64,000 nt of DNA from an uncultured delta proteobacterium. Lineage in GTDB: Bacteria > Myxococcota_A > Polyangia > Haliangiales > Haliangiaceae. The translations under genes were made by a program, and so were the position numbers. The stretch lies in assembly GCA_963848295.1 (NCBI GenBank), contig CAWKDB010000010.1, positions 1,792,001-1,856,000 of the forward strand, read 5' to 3'. A model generated the notes under the pieces. It had not been told where the DNA came from, did not search any database, and saw only the letters and a program-made list of their open reading frames with translations. Shown in pieces: positions 9,031 to 18,513 of the stretch (its first letter is position 1; the number at the start of each line of letters is the position of its first letter).

Positions 9031-10164
9031 ATGTCGCCCCGGACCACGACCGGAACCTCGATCACTGGCTGGGGTGTCTGGCACCCGGACACCACGCTCG
9101 AAAACGACGAGCTATGCGTCGCGTTCAACGAGTTCGTTCACCGCGACAACGCGAAGCACGCCGCCGAGATCGCCGCGGGCACGCGCGAGCCGCTCAAGGA
9201 GAGCTCGTCCGAGTTCATCGTCAAGGCGTCGGGGATTCACTCGCGCTACGTCCAGGACAAGACCGGCCTGCTCGATCCCGAGCGGATGTGCCCGAACCTT
9301 CCGGACCGGCCCGAAGACCAGCTCAGCTATCAAGCCGAGTACAGCGTCAACGCCGCGAAGCGCGCGCTCGCGTCCGCGGGCAAGACCGGGGAAGACGTCG
9401 ACTTCGTCGTGCTCGGCGCGTCGAACTTGCAGCGGCTCTACCCGGCGATCGCGATCGAAGTGCAAGACGCGCTCGGCGCGCGCGGTTACGGCCTCGACAT
9501 GTCGCTCGGTTGCTCGGCGGCGACCGGCGCGGCGACCGTCGCGGCGCAGCAGGTCCAGCTCGGCCTGTCGAAGTGCGCGCTCGTCGTCGTGCCCGAGCTG
9601 ACGACCGGCCACATGAACTGGCGCGAGCGCGACAGCCACTTCATCTTCGGCGACGCCTCGGTCGCGCTCGTGATCGAGCCGACCGCCGCCGCGAAGCCGG
9701 GCTCGTGGGAGATCTTGTCGACGAAGATGTTGTCGAAGTGGTCGAACAACATTCGCAACAACAAGGGCTACCTCGATCGCTGCGATCCCACGACCGAGCA
9801 CAACATCGACAAGCTGTTCCACCAGAACGGCCGCCGCGTGTTCAAGGACGTCGTGCCGCTCGCCGCGAAGTTCATCACCGAGCACCTCGCGGCGCATCAG
9901 CTCGCGCCGAGTCAGGTCGGCCGGTTCTGGCTGCATCAAGCGAACAGCAAGATGAACGACCTGATCGCCGAGCGCGTGCTCGGCCGGCCCGCGACGCAAG
10001 AGGAGTCGCCGGTGATCATCGGCGAGTACGGCAACACCGCATCGGCCGGGTCGCTGATCGCGTTCTCGAACCACAACGAAGACCTCGCGGCCGGGACGTA
10101 CGGCGTGATGTGCTCGTTCGGAGCCGGCTACTCGCTCGGCTCGCTGCTGTTACAGCGCGCGTAG
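9031..10164 (+). CDS. Beta-ketoacyl-ACP synthase III (FabH-like)
   Basis: Catalytic Cys (LGCSAA), HQAN and YGNTASAG; also IFGDA and SFGAG. Confidence 0.9.
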   Translation: MSPRTTTGTSITGWGVWHPDTTLENDELCVAFNEFVHRDNAKHAAEIAAGTREPLKESSSEFIVKASGIHSRYVQDKTGLLDPERMCPNLPDRPEDQLSYQAEYSVNAAKRALASAGKTGEDVDFVVLGASNLQRLYPAIAIEVQDALGARGYGLDMSLGCSAATGAATVAAQQVQLGLSKCALVVVPELTTGHMNWRERDSHFIFGDASVALVIEPTAAAKPGSWEILSTKMLSKWSNNIRNNKGYLDRCDPTTEHNIDKLFHQNGRRVFKDVVPLAAKFITEHLAAHQLAPSQVGRFWLHQANSKMNDLIAERVLGRPATQEESPVIIGEYGNTASAGSLIAFSNHNEDLAAGTYGVMCSFGAGYSLGSLLLQRA

Positions 10165-10203
10165 CCGCGTTCGGCGTCAGACCGAGCTGCTACCGTGCCG
10201 GCG

Positions 10204-12087
10204 ATGCTCGGCACGGCCACCCACGCGCACGACGCCAGCGCCGGCGAGGAGATCCTCGCTCGCGCGCTCGCGCGGTTCGGCCATACGTCGTTGCGGCCCG
10301 GCCAAGCGGATGTGATCGCCGACATCTTCGCGGCGCGGCCGGTGATCGCGGTGATGCCGACCGGCGCCGGCAAGTCATTGTGCTTTCAGTTGCCGGCGAT
10401 CGTGCTCGGCGAGAAGGGCGGCGTCACGCTCGTGATCTCGCCGCTGATCGCGCTGATGAAAGATCAGGTCGACGTGTTGCGGCAACGCGGCGTCGCCGCG
10501 GTCGCGTTGACCTCGGCCGCGGGCCAGGACGAGCAGCGCGAGATCCTCGACGGCATCCGCGCCGGCGCCTACACGCTGGTCTACGTCGCGCCCGAGCGGT
10601 TTCGCAGCCCGCGGTTCGTCGACGCGCTGCGGGCGAGCGCGGGCAAGCTCGCGCTGGTCGCGGTCGACGAGGCGCACTGCATCTCGGAGTGGGGCCACGA
10701 CTTCCGCCCGGACTACCGCCGGATCGGCGAGGTGATTCGCGAGCTGGGCGTCGCGCGGGTCGCCGCGTTCACCGCGACCGCGACGCCCGAGGTCCGCCGC
10801 GATATCGCGGTCCAGCTAGGGTTCGCCGAGCCGCGGTTGCACGTCCGCGGCTTCGACCGGCCGAACCTGCGCTACGAGGTCGTCAAGTGCGGCGGCGCGG
10901 CGGACAAGAACGAAAAGCTCGCGGACCTGGTGCGCACGCGCGACGGCGGCGTCGCGCTGGTCTACGCATCGACTCGCAAGAACGCCGAGACGTACTCGGC
11001 GGCACTGCGCAAGTCCGGGATGCGCGTCCGCGTCTATCACGCGGGGCTCGAGGGCGACGTTCGCGAGCGCGCGCAAGACGTGTTCATGTCGGGCAAGCTC
11101 GACGTCATCGTCGCGACCAACGCGTTCGGCATGGGCGTCGACAAGAGCGACATCCGGCTCGTCGTCCACGCTGATATTCCGCGCAGCCCCGAGGCATACT
11201 ACCAAGAAGCCGGCCGCGGCGGACGCGATGGCCTGCCGACCCGCTGCGTGCTGTTGTTCAACCACAGCGACGTGCGGATGCAGGAGTTCCTGATCGACGC
11301 GTCGTATCCGTCGACCGAGGTGCTGCGCGGTCTGTGGAAGCTGCTGCGCGAACGGCCGGAGCTCGGCACGTTCGAGCGCGGCCAAGACGCGGTCGAGGCG
11401 AAGCTGCGCGAGCTCGTGCCCGGTAGCCCGAGCGGCGCGATGATCAGCTCGGCGCTGCGCATCTTGGAACGCCACGGCATGTTGCATCGCGACGACGAAC
11501 GCTACCTGGCGACCCGGCCCGAGCCCGGTCAGTTCGCGCCGCTCGATGTCGAGTCGCTGGCGCGCCGCGCGGACAACGAGCGCGGCAAACTGCGCACGAT
11601 GGTCGAGTATGCGTACTACACGCAGTGCCGGCGCCAGTTCGTGCTCGAATACTTCGGCGACGAAGACTGGCTCGATCGCTCGCGGCGGTGCGGCGCCTGC
11701 GATACCTGCGACGCCGTCGCGCACGGCCGTACCGTCGCGCTCGCGGATGGCGAGCTCGACGCGATCCGCAACGTCCTCGCGATGATCGGCGCCCTCTCCG
11801 GCCGATTCGGGCGCAAGCGCGTCGCGGATCTCGCGAACGCGACCGACGACGACGAACGGTTCACCGAGCTACCGCAACGCGGCTGCCTGCGCGGATGGTC
11901 GCAGCGCCACGTCATGGACCTGCTGCGCGCGCTCGAAGCCGCCGGGCTGATCGAAGCATCGCGCGGCGAGTACCCGACGATCGCGACGACCCGCCGCGGT
12001 GATCTCGCCGCGATCGGCAAGCTCGAAGGCGCCGAGCTGGGCGTGCAGATGCCGACCGTCGCGAAGCGCAAGCCCCGCAAACGCTGA
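10204..12087 (+). CDS. recQ: RecQ-family ATP-dependent DNA helicase
   Basis: MPTGAGKSLC, DEAHCISEWGHDFRPDY, ATNAFGMGVD, QEAGRGGRDG, Zn site CRR..CGACDTC and RQC domain. Confidence 0.93.
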   Translation: MLGTATHAHDASAGEEILARALARFGHTSLRPGQADVIADIFAARPVIAVMPTGAGKSLCFQLPAIVLGEKGGVTLVISPLIALMKDQVDVLRQRGVAAVALTSAAGQDEQREILDGIRAGAYTLVYVAPERFRSPRFVDALRASAGKLALVAVDEAHCISEWGHDFRPDYRRIGEVIRELGVARVAAFTATATPEVRRDIAVQLGFAEPRLHVRGFDRPNLRYEVVKCGGAADKNEKLADLVRTRDGGVALVYASTRKNAETYSAALRKSGMRVRVYHAGLEGDVRERAQDVFMSGKLDVIVATNAFGMGVDKSDIRLVVHADIPRSPEAYYQEAGRGGRDGLPTRCVLLFNHSDVRMQEFLIDASYPSTEVLRGLWKLLRERPELGTFERGQDAVEAKLRELVPGSPSGAMISSALRILERHGMLHRDDERYLATRPEPGQFAPLDVESLARRADNERGKLRTMVEYAYYTQCRRQFVLEYFGDEDWLDRSRRCGACDTCDAVAHGRTVALADGELDAIRNVLAMIGALSGRFGRKRVADLANATDDDERFTELPQRGCLRGWSQRHVMDLLRALEAAGLIEASRGEYPTIATTRRGDLAAIGKLEGAELGVQMPTVAKRKPRKR

Positions 12088-12151
12088 CGTAGCCGTGGAC
12101 GGTGGAACCTTTGTCAACTTGCTCGCGGCTCCGGTAGGCTGGGGCCAGGCC

Positions 12152-12403
12152 ATGCACTCGCGAGACACCTCGGACGCCGCACATCTCGCACAACTGCGCG
12201 TGTACGCGGGCATGACCGGCGAGCAGCGCGTCGAGCTCGCGATGGCGCTCTCGGAACGCGTGCGCGAGATCGCTCGCGAAGGGATTCGCGCGCGGCACCC
12301 GGACTACACGGCTCGTCAGGTCGAGCTCGCGCTCCTCTGCACGCTTTACGGCGCAGATCTGATTCGCCGCGCCTTCCCCTCGGAAGCTCCGCTCCCGCCA
12401 TGA
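12152..12403 (+). CDS. Small partner protein of a nucleotidyltransferase (candidate antitoxin)
   Basis: DTSDAA...MTGEQRVELA...GIRARHPDY; ATGA overlap with the next gene. Confidence 0.7.
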   Translation: MHSRDTSDAAHLAQLRVYAGMTGEQRVELAMALSERVREIAREGIRARHPDYTARQVELALLCTLYGADLIRRAFPSEAPLPP

Positions 12404-12948
12404 GCGCGGAGCTGCTGCTACGCATCGTGAGCATGATCGAGACCGCGCACGTTCCGTACATGATCACCGGTTCGTTTTCGAGCACGCACCACGGCGCCCC
12501 GCGCGCGACACACGATATCGACATCGTCATCGACCCGACGGTGGACACGTTCGACCTTCTACTGGGACAGATGAACGAGGCCGACTACTACGTCGACTCC
12601 GATACCGCGCGAGACGCACTGCGCCGGCGATCGCAGTTCAACGTGATCGACCTCGCCACGGGGTGGAAAGTCGACCTGGTGATTCGCAAAGACCGGCCCT
12701 TCAGCGTCGAGGAGCTCCGCCGCCGCATGCCGGCGACCATGCTCGGCGTCGCGGTGTTCGTTGCGACCGCCGAGGACGCCATCTTGTCAAAGCTCGAGTG
12801 GGCAAAGCTCGGCGACTCGGAACGGCAGCTCAGAGATGCCGCGAACATCCTGGCGGTCCACCGTGACACGCTCGACACGGCATACGTGGAGCGCTGGGCC
12901 GATGCCCTCGGCGTCCGAGCGCTGTGGAATCAGATCACCACGCGGTGA
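12400..12948 (+). CDS. Nucleotidyltransferase (DUF6036/AbiEii-like)
   Basis: GSFSS..HG.PRATHDID, KVDL and EDAILSKL..SERQLRD. Confidence 0.8.
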   Translation: MSAELLLRIVSMIETAHVPYMITGSFSSTHHGAPRATHDIDIVIDPTVDTFDLLLGQMNEADYYVDSDTARDALRRRSQFNVIDLATGWKVDLVIRKDRPFSVEELRRRMPATMLGVAVFVATAEDAILSKLEWAKLGDSERQLRDAANILAVHRDTLDTAYVERWADALGVRALWNQITTR

Positions 12949-13334
12949 CCGGGTCCTGTCGGACCGCAAGTTGACAATAGAGACAGCGTCCCCAGCTCAC
13001 TGGACAGCGAGCCGTCTTTCGCCTCGCGAATCACGGTAGGCGCATCCCACGAGGCGAGGTAGCCGCCGGGAATCGCCTGCCACGACTCCGGCGCGCCGTT
13101 GATGTTCAGGCCGCGAATCGGTCGCCTGCGCCGCGGCGAGCCGTCGATCGCGGAGCGCTCGGCGATCGCGCCGTCGCCGTCGCGATTCCATTCGTACAGC
13201 GTGTCGCCGATCATCCCGACGAACTCACCGGCCAGGGCCCACGGTGCCGGGCTTTTCGCGGGCGCCGCGCCCACGTGCGGGACCGCGATCGCCGTTGCGA
13301 GCGCCGAGACCAGGCAGCCGACCAGGAGCTTCAT
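12930..13334 (-). CDS. Exported hypothetical protein, possibly 3'-truncated
   Basis: Signal peptide MKLLVGCLVSALATAIA. The C-terminus runs through the inverted repeat into the NTase gene. Confidence 0.45.
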   Translation of the reverse strand: MKLLVGCLVSALATAIAVPHVGAAPAKSPAPWALAGEFVGMIGDTLYEWNRDGDGAIAERSAIDGSPRRRRPIRGLNINGAPESWQAIPGGYLASWDAPTVIREAKDGSLSSELGTLSLLSTCGPTGPGHRVVI

Positions 13335-13408
13335 GGTGGTCCGGACGTATGGCTCCGGCCAATGGTCTCACCCGATGTGCAGCTCGACTGCGGGTGTACG
13401 CTGCGGTC

Positions 13409-15679
13409 GTGGTCGACGACGATGCGCATGCCGACGTCGAGCTCGCCGAGCTCGAGCTGACGGATCCGCCGCGCACCGCCGGCGGGCTCAAGGCGCTGTT
13501 CGTCACGGCGCAGCATCTCCAACGCGACTCCGGCCTCGGCCGCGGCGCCCGCGCGCTGGCGGCGATGAACCAGCCGACCGGGTTCGATTGCCCGGGGTGC
13601 GCGTGGCCCGAGCCCGCCGCGGAGTCGCGCCCGAAGATCGAGTTCTGCGAGAACGGCGCGAAGGCGCTCGCCGAGGAGGCGATGACCGCCCGCGCGACAC
13701 CGGAGCTGTTCGCGGAGCTCTCGGTCGACGAGCTGCGAACGCTGTCCGACTTCGAGCTCGGCCAGCTCGGCCGGTTGACCCATCCGATGGTGCTCGAGGG
13801 TCGCCACTACCGGCCGATCGAGTGGGCTGGCGCGTTCGAGCTGATCGCGAGCGAGCTGCGCACCGCCGGGCCGCGCGGCTCGGCGTTCTACACGTCGGGG
13901 CGAACGTCGAACGAAGCGGCGTTTCTGTATCAGCTCGTGGGCCGGATGCTCGGCACGAACAACTTCCCCGATTGCTCGAACATGTGCCACGAGTCGAGCG
14001 GCGTCGCGCTCGGCGAGACGATCGGCATCGGCAAAGGTACCGTCACGCTCGCGGACTTCGATCACGCGGATCTGATCTTCGTCGTCGGCCAGAACCCGGG
14101 CACGAACCACCCACGCATGCTGACGACGCTGCGCGAGTGCGCGAAGCGCGGCGCGACGATCGTCAGCATCAACCCGTTGCGCGAGGTCGGCCTGTCGCGA
14201 TTCGCACATCCGCAGCATCCGCTCGATCTGCTGGCCGGCGGCGTCGCGCTCGCCAAAGAGTTCGTCCAGGTCCAGATCGGCGGCGATCAGGCGTTCTTCC
14301 TCGGCCTCGGCAAGGCGGTGCTCGAAGCCGATGGACTGGCCCATGCGTTCATCGCGGACCGCACGCAAGGCTTCGAGGACTGGGCCGCGCATGCGCGCGC
14401 CACGGCGTGGACGACGATCACCGAATGCGCCGGCATCGACGAAGCCACGATCCGTCGCATCGCTCAGCTCTATGCGAGCTCGCACGCGGTGATCACGTGC
14501 TGGGCGATGGGCCTGACCCAGCACAAGCACGCGGTCGCGACGATCCAGGAGATCGTCAACCTGACGCTGCTCCGCGGCAACCTCGGCCGCGCCGGCGCCG
14601 GGCTCTGTCCGGTGCGCGGACACTCGAACGTCCAGGGCGATCGCACGATGGGCATCGATCATCACCCGTCGCAGCAGTTCCTCGACGCGCTCGCGGCGGT
14701 CGCGGGCTTCGTGCCGCCGCGCGGCAAAGGCCTCGACACGGTCGACACGCTGCGCGCGATCGAGCGCGACGAAGTGCAGGCGCTCGTCATGCTCGGTGGC
14801 AACCTCGCTGCGGCGAGCCCCGACACCGAGCGCGTCGCGCGCGGTCTCGAGCGCTGCGAGCTCACCGCGTCGATCTCGACGAAGCTCAACCGCACGCACC
14901 TTCACCCCGGCCGGCGCGCGCTGATCCTGCCGTGCCTCGGCCGCAGCGAGCGCGATGTCCAAGCCGGCGGCGAACAGTTCGTCACGGTCGAAGACTCGAT
15001 GAGCATGGTGCACAGCTCGCGCGGCGTGCTCGACCCGGCGAGTCCCGAGCTGCGCAGCGAACCCGCGATCGTCGCCGGCCTCGGCCGTGCGCTGTTCGGC
15101 GATAACATCGCGTGGGCGAACCTGATCGCCGACTACGATCACATCCGCGATTGGATCGCGCGCGTCGTGCCCGGGTTCGCCGACTTCAACGCGCGCGTGC
15201 GCGAACCGAGCGGCTTCGAGCTGCCGAGCTCGGCGCGCGACGGCACGTTCACCGCGATGGCCGGTCGCGTGAAGTTCACGACCTCGCCGTTGCCCGACCT
15301 CGCGCTGCCGCCCGGCCGACTGCGGCTGATGACGATCCGCAGCCACGACCAGTACAACACGACGATCTACGGCCTCGACGACCGCTATCGCGGCGTCCGG
15401 GGCGAGCGCCGCGTCGTGTTCATGAACGCCGCAGATATGATCGAGCTCGGGCTCGCCGAGCGCCAGGTCGTGGATCTCATCTCCGAGTGGACCGACGGCG
15501 AGCGCATCGCGCCGAGGTTCATCGTCGTGCCGTACCACCTGCCGCGACGCAACGCCGCGGCGTACTTCCCCGAGGCGAACGCGCTCGTCCCGCTCGACAG
15601 CGTCGCGGACAAGTCGAACACGCCGACGTCGAAGTCGGTGACGGTCCGGATCGAGCCGACGCGTCGCTCGAGCGACTAG
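13409..15679 (+). CDS. FdhF/YdeP-family molybdopterin oxidoreductase
   Basis: GFDCPGCAWP, EFCENGAKA, YTSGRTSNE, CSNMCHESS, VRGHSNVQGDRTMGI and RSHDQYNTTIYG. Start position inferred. Confidence 0.92.
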   Translation: MVDDDAHADVELAELELTDPPRTAGGLKALFVTAQHLQRDSGLGRGARALAAMNQPTGFDCPGCAWPEPAAESRPKIEFCENGAKALAEEAMTARATPELFAELSVDELRTLSDFELGQLGRLTHPMVLEGRHYRPIEWAGAFELIASELRTAGPRGSAFYTSGRTSNEAAFLYQLVGRMLGTNNFPDCSNMCHESSGVALGETIGIGKGTVTLADFDHADLIFVVGQNPGTNHPRMLTTLRECAKRGATIVSINPLREVGLSRFAHPQHPLDLLAGGVALAKEFVQVQIGGDQAFFLGLGKAVLEADGLAHAFIADRTQGFEDWAAHARATAWTTITECAGIDEATIRRIAQLYASSHAVITCWAMGLTQHKHAVATIQEIVNLTLLRGNLGRAGAGLCPVRGHSNVQGDRTMGIDHHPSQQFLDALAAVAGFVPPRGKGLDTVDTLRAIERDEVQALVMLGGNLAAASPDTERVARGLERCELTASISTKLNRTHLHPGRRALILPCLGRSERDVQAGGEQFVTVEDSMSMVHSSRGVLDPASPELRSEPAIVAGLGRALFGDNIAWANLIADYDHIRDWIARVVPGFADFNARVREPSGFELPSSARDGTFTAMAGRVKFTTSPLPDLALPPGRLRLMTIRSHDQYNTTIYGLDDRYRGVRGERRVVFMNAADMIELGLAERQVVDLISEWTDGERIAPRFIVVPYHLPRRNAAAYFPEANALVPLDSVADKSNTPTSKSVTVRIEPTRRSSD

Positions 15680-16923
15680 AAGTCGAGCTTGATCGTCGCG
15701 CCGCCACCGCCGGGCAAGATCACCGGCGTGACGACGAATTGATCTTTGTGCTTGCGATGGCCCTGGGCATGCTCGGTCGACGTCTGGGAGTCCTTGTTGA
15801 TGACGAACGCCTCGACGAACGCGACGATCGTGAAGCCGGCCGCGACGCCGGTGCCGATCGTGCCGACATAGGACACGGCCTGGTTGCGTCCACCCGCGCT
15901 GCAGGACTTACCGAGGCCCGTCGGATCCGCCGCAATATTCGCCTCGGTGCATTTGCTGCCGTACTGCGGGAGAAACCCACCTGGATCGTTGGGGTCGCTG
16001 CTATTCCACCGACCGGTCGGGTGCAGCTGCGAGTACCCGTAGGCCCACGTCGCACCGAATGCGGCCGTCGCGATCGCGCCGCCGATGAACGCCTTCTTCC
16101 AGCCGTTCCCGCCCGTCCGGGGCACCGTGCCGCCGCCCATGTGCGAGCCGTCATCGCAATCCGGCGCGCCCGGACAGTGCGGCGGCGGAGGCGTGATCGT
16201 CGTCGACATCGGCACCGGCTCGGCCGGGACGCTCGTCGACTGCCCCGCAGTGATCGTGATGTCGGTGTCGTACGGCTGGAAGCCCTGCGCTTCGATCCGC
16301 AGCTTGTAATGACCTTCGGGCAGGCCGCTGATCTGGGCCCGTCCGGCGACGATGTTGCCCCGCTCTTCGTTGTCGATCAGCACGGTGCCGCGATCGATGT
16401 TCTTCGCGATGATGACGAGCTGGCCGGAGCTGGTCTCGCCCGTGAGCTTGGCGTAGCCGGTCATCGCCCAGCGCTGCAGGCCTTGTCCGGTCGCTTGAGC
16501 GAGCGGAATCTGCTCGCTCCACGTCTTCTCCATCTGCTTCTTCGTGACATTCAGCAGCTTGAGGTCGACGCGGTACGACTTACCTTCCTTCGAGATCTTG
16601 CCGAACATCAGCATCTCGGCGCCGATGTCGTTGCCGATCGACGCCATGCACGCGGGTGCCTCGTTGTCGCAGTTCTTGATCAGCTTCTCGTCGATCAGCT
16701 CCCTGTCACTGCCGGGCGCGAGCGAGTACGGACCCGAGCCGACCTTCGCTCGCGAGCGCAGGCCCTCGGTCAGCTCCTTCGCTACGGTCGTGTCGGCTGC
16801 TGCGATGCCGTTGGTGTCGGCGACCTCGATGCCGAGGACGGCGATCGACGGCTTCGGGCCCGCGTGGGCGCTCGCAGCCGCCAGCACCACGGCGATGCAG
16901 GCTAGCGGAAGGACTCGGATCAT
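15676..16923 (-). CDS. PEGA-domain exported protein
   Basis: GAGGAG RBS, signal peptide, PEGA-like VLIDN..G...LPEGHYKLRIEAQGF, and a myxobacterial-type hydrophobic/beta C-terminus ending in F. Confidence 0.75.
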   Translation of the reverse strand: MIRVLPLACIAVVLAAASAHAGPKPSIAVLGIEVADTNGIAAADTTVAKELTEGLRSRAKVGSGPYSLAPGSDRELIDEKLIKNCDNEAPACMASIGNDIGAEMLMFGKISKEGKSYRVDLKLLNVTKKQMEKTWSEQIPLAQATGQGLQRWAMTGYAKLTGETSSGQLVIIAKNIDRGTVLIDNEERGNIVAGRAQISGLPEGHYKLRIEAQGFQPYDTDITITAGQSTSVPAEPVPMSTTITPPPPHCPGAPDCDDGSHMGGGTVPRTGGNGWKKAFIGGAIATAAFGATWAYGYSQLHPTGRWNSSDPNDPGGFLPQYGSKCTEANIAADPTGLGKSCSAGGRNQAVSYVGTIGTGVAAGFTIVAFVEAFVINKDSQTSTEHAQGHRKHKDQFVVTPVILPGGGGATIKLDF

Positions 16924-17007
16924 GGCTCCTCGGCCAAATAGTATACACGTTTGGTCGAGCGGGTAACCTGGCTTGCCGGAATTGACCGGGCTAGGCTTGC
17001 CGAGCGA

Positions 17008-18471
17008 ATGCGGACGCTATCAGCGCGGATCCTCCTCGGTTTTACCGCGCTGACCGTGGCCTTCGGGGTGATCACCGCGACCGTCGTGGTCAACATGCAG
17101 AAGGTCGAGGACCAGATCCTCCTGGTCAGCGCCGCTTACGTCCCGCTGGCGCTGACCAGCAAGGACCTCGCGGTCCACCAACGCGACCTCAAGACGCTCG
17201 TCGATGACGGGTTCGAAGACGCTCCCGGGCTGACCCGCGCCCGCCTCCTCCGCGACCAGTCGCTGACCCGGACGTTGCAGATCCTCGATCAGCGCGATGA
17301 GCCGGTCACCGCCGATATCTCCGACTTCCACGACAAGATCCTGCACATGCAGACCGAGGCGTCGAACATCAAGCCGCTATACGTCAACCTGATCGCGAAG
17401 CTTCACAATCATGTGAACCTCTCGACCGACCCGACGATCGGCCAGCTGCGCAACGCCGAGACCCAGCTCGAGCACGAGGCATCGGAGCTGACGCGGAGCC
17501 TCGAAGAGCGCGTGCGCAGCACCGCGAGCCAGCTGCGCTCGCGCGAGCACACGCTGCGGCTCGGGACGATTTACCTCGGGATCACCGCGATCGTGCTCGG
17601 CTTGCTGATCACGATCTGGGTGTTGATCACGCTGCGGCCGCTGCGCCGGCTGCAGATCGCGGCTCGTCGGGTCGCATCCGGTGACTACGCGAGCCGGATC
17701 CCGGTCAAGGGGCCGCTCGAGGTCGCCGATCTCGCCCGCGAGCTCAACTCGATGGCGCACGCGATCGAGGAACGCGAGCACGAGCTCGTGCGGTCCGAGC
17801 GGCTCGCGGCGGTCGGCAAGATCGCGGCGATGATCACGCACGAGGTGCGCAATCCGCTGTCATCGATCGGGCTCAACACCGAGCTGCTCGAGGACGAGCT
17901 CGGCAAGCCGGGCGACGCGACCGAAGCGCGCGAGCTGTGCCGCTCGATCCACCGCGAGGTCGATCGGCTGACGCAGATCACCGAGGAGTATTTGGCATTC
18001 GCGCGCCTGCCGAAGCCGAAGCTCGCCTACGAGCAGATCAACCCGTTGGTCGAAGCGCTCGCCGGGTTCGTGCGCGAGGATCTGGCCGCAAAGCACGTGA
18101 GGCTGACGGTCGAGCTCGGCGCGAGCGACCCGGCGGCGATGGTCGACGCGGCACAACTGCGCCAGTGCCTGATGAACCTCGTGCGCAACGCATCCGAAGC
18201 GGTGGTCGCGAAGGGCGGCGGAAATGTGGCACTGCGCACGATCCTCCGGGATAACAGGGTCGTGATCGAGGTCTCCGATGATGGCGTCGGGGTTTCGGCG
18301 GAGGTGCTACCGCGGTTGTTCGATCCGTTCTTCTCCACCAAAGAAGGCGGCAGCGGCTTGGGCCTGGCGCTCACCCAGCAGATCGTCAAAGACCACGATG
18401 GCGATCTGAGCGTGGAGAGCACGGTCGGGCGCGGGACGACCTTCACGATCAGCGTGCAAGCGCGCGGGTGA
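17008..18471 (+). CDS. Membrane sensor histidine kinase (HAMP-HisKA-HATPase)
   Basis: Two TM segments, HAMP, H-box THEVRNPL, N-box NLVRNA, DDGVG, PFFSTK and GSGLGL. Confidence 0.93.
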   Translation: MRTLSARILLGFTALTVAFGVITATVVVNMQKVEDQILLVSAAYVPLALTSKDLAVHQRDLKTLVDDGFEDAPGLTRARLLRDQSLTRTLQILDQRDEPVTADISDFHDKILHMQTEASNIKPLYVNLIAKLHNHVNLSTDPTIGQLRNAETQLEHEASELTRSLEERVRSTASQLRSREHTLRLGTIYLGITAIVLGLLITIWVLITLRPLRRLQIAARRVASGDYASRIPVKGPLEVADLARELNSMAHAIEEREHELVRSERLAAVGKIAAMITHEVRNPLSSIGLNTELLEDELGKPGDATEARELCRSIHREVDRLTQITEEYLAFARLPKPKLAYEQINPLVEALAGFVREDLAAKHVRLTVELGASDPAAMVDAAQLRQCLMNLVRNASEAVVAKGGGNVALRTILRDNRVVIEVSDDGVGVSAEVLPRLFDPFFSTKEGGSGLGLALTQQIVKDHDGDLSVESTVGRGTTFTISVQARG

Positions 18472-18513
18472 AGCTTGCGATCGCCGCCATGCCGGGGGAT
18501 CATCTCCGCTCGC

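Larger units (their letters stand above)
12111..12977. repeat. Perfect 12-bp inverted repeat pair flanking a two-gene cassette
   Basis: TTGTCAACTTGC (12111-12122) and GCAAGTTGACAA (12966-12977). Confidence 0.7.

Noticed and set aside
9031..10164. Secondary-metabolite cluster around KAS III
   Set aside because: No ACP, PKS or tailoring genes are adjacent; the neighbours are a chaperone pair and recQ.
13331..15538. Long antisense or alternate-frame ORFs (e.g. 13331-15538, 35020-37230, 51264-53426, 8955-11174)
   Set aside because: These are shadow ORFs typical of high-GC DNA. They are Arg/Ala-rich, lack motifs and overlap well-supported genes.
13409..15679. Selenocysteine formate dehydrogenase
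   Set aside because: There is no in-frame TGA; the Mo-ligand region has Cys (CSNMCHESS), as in YdeP-type proteins.
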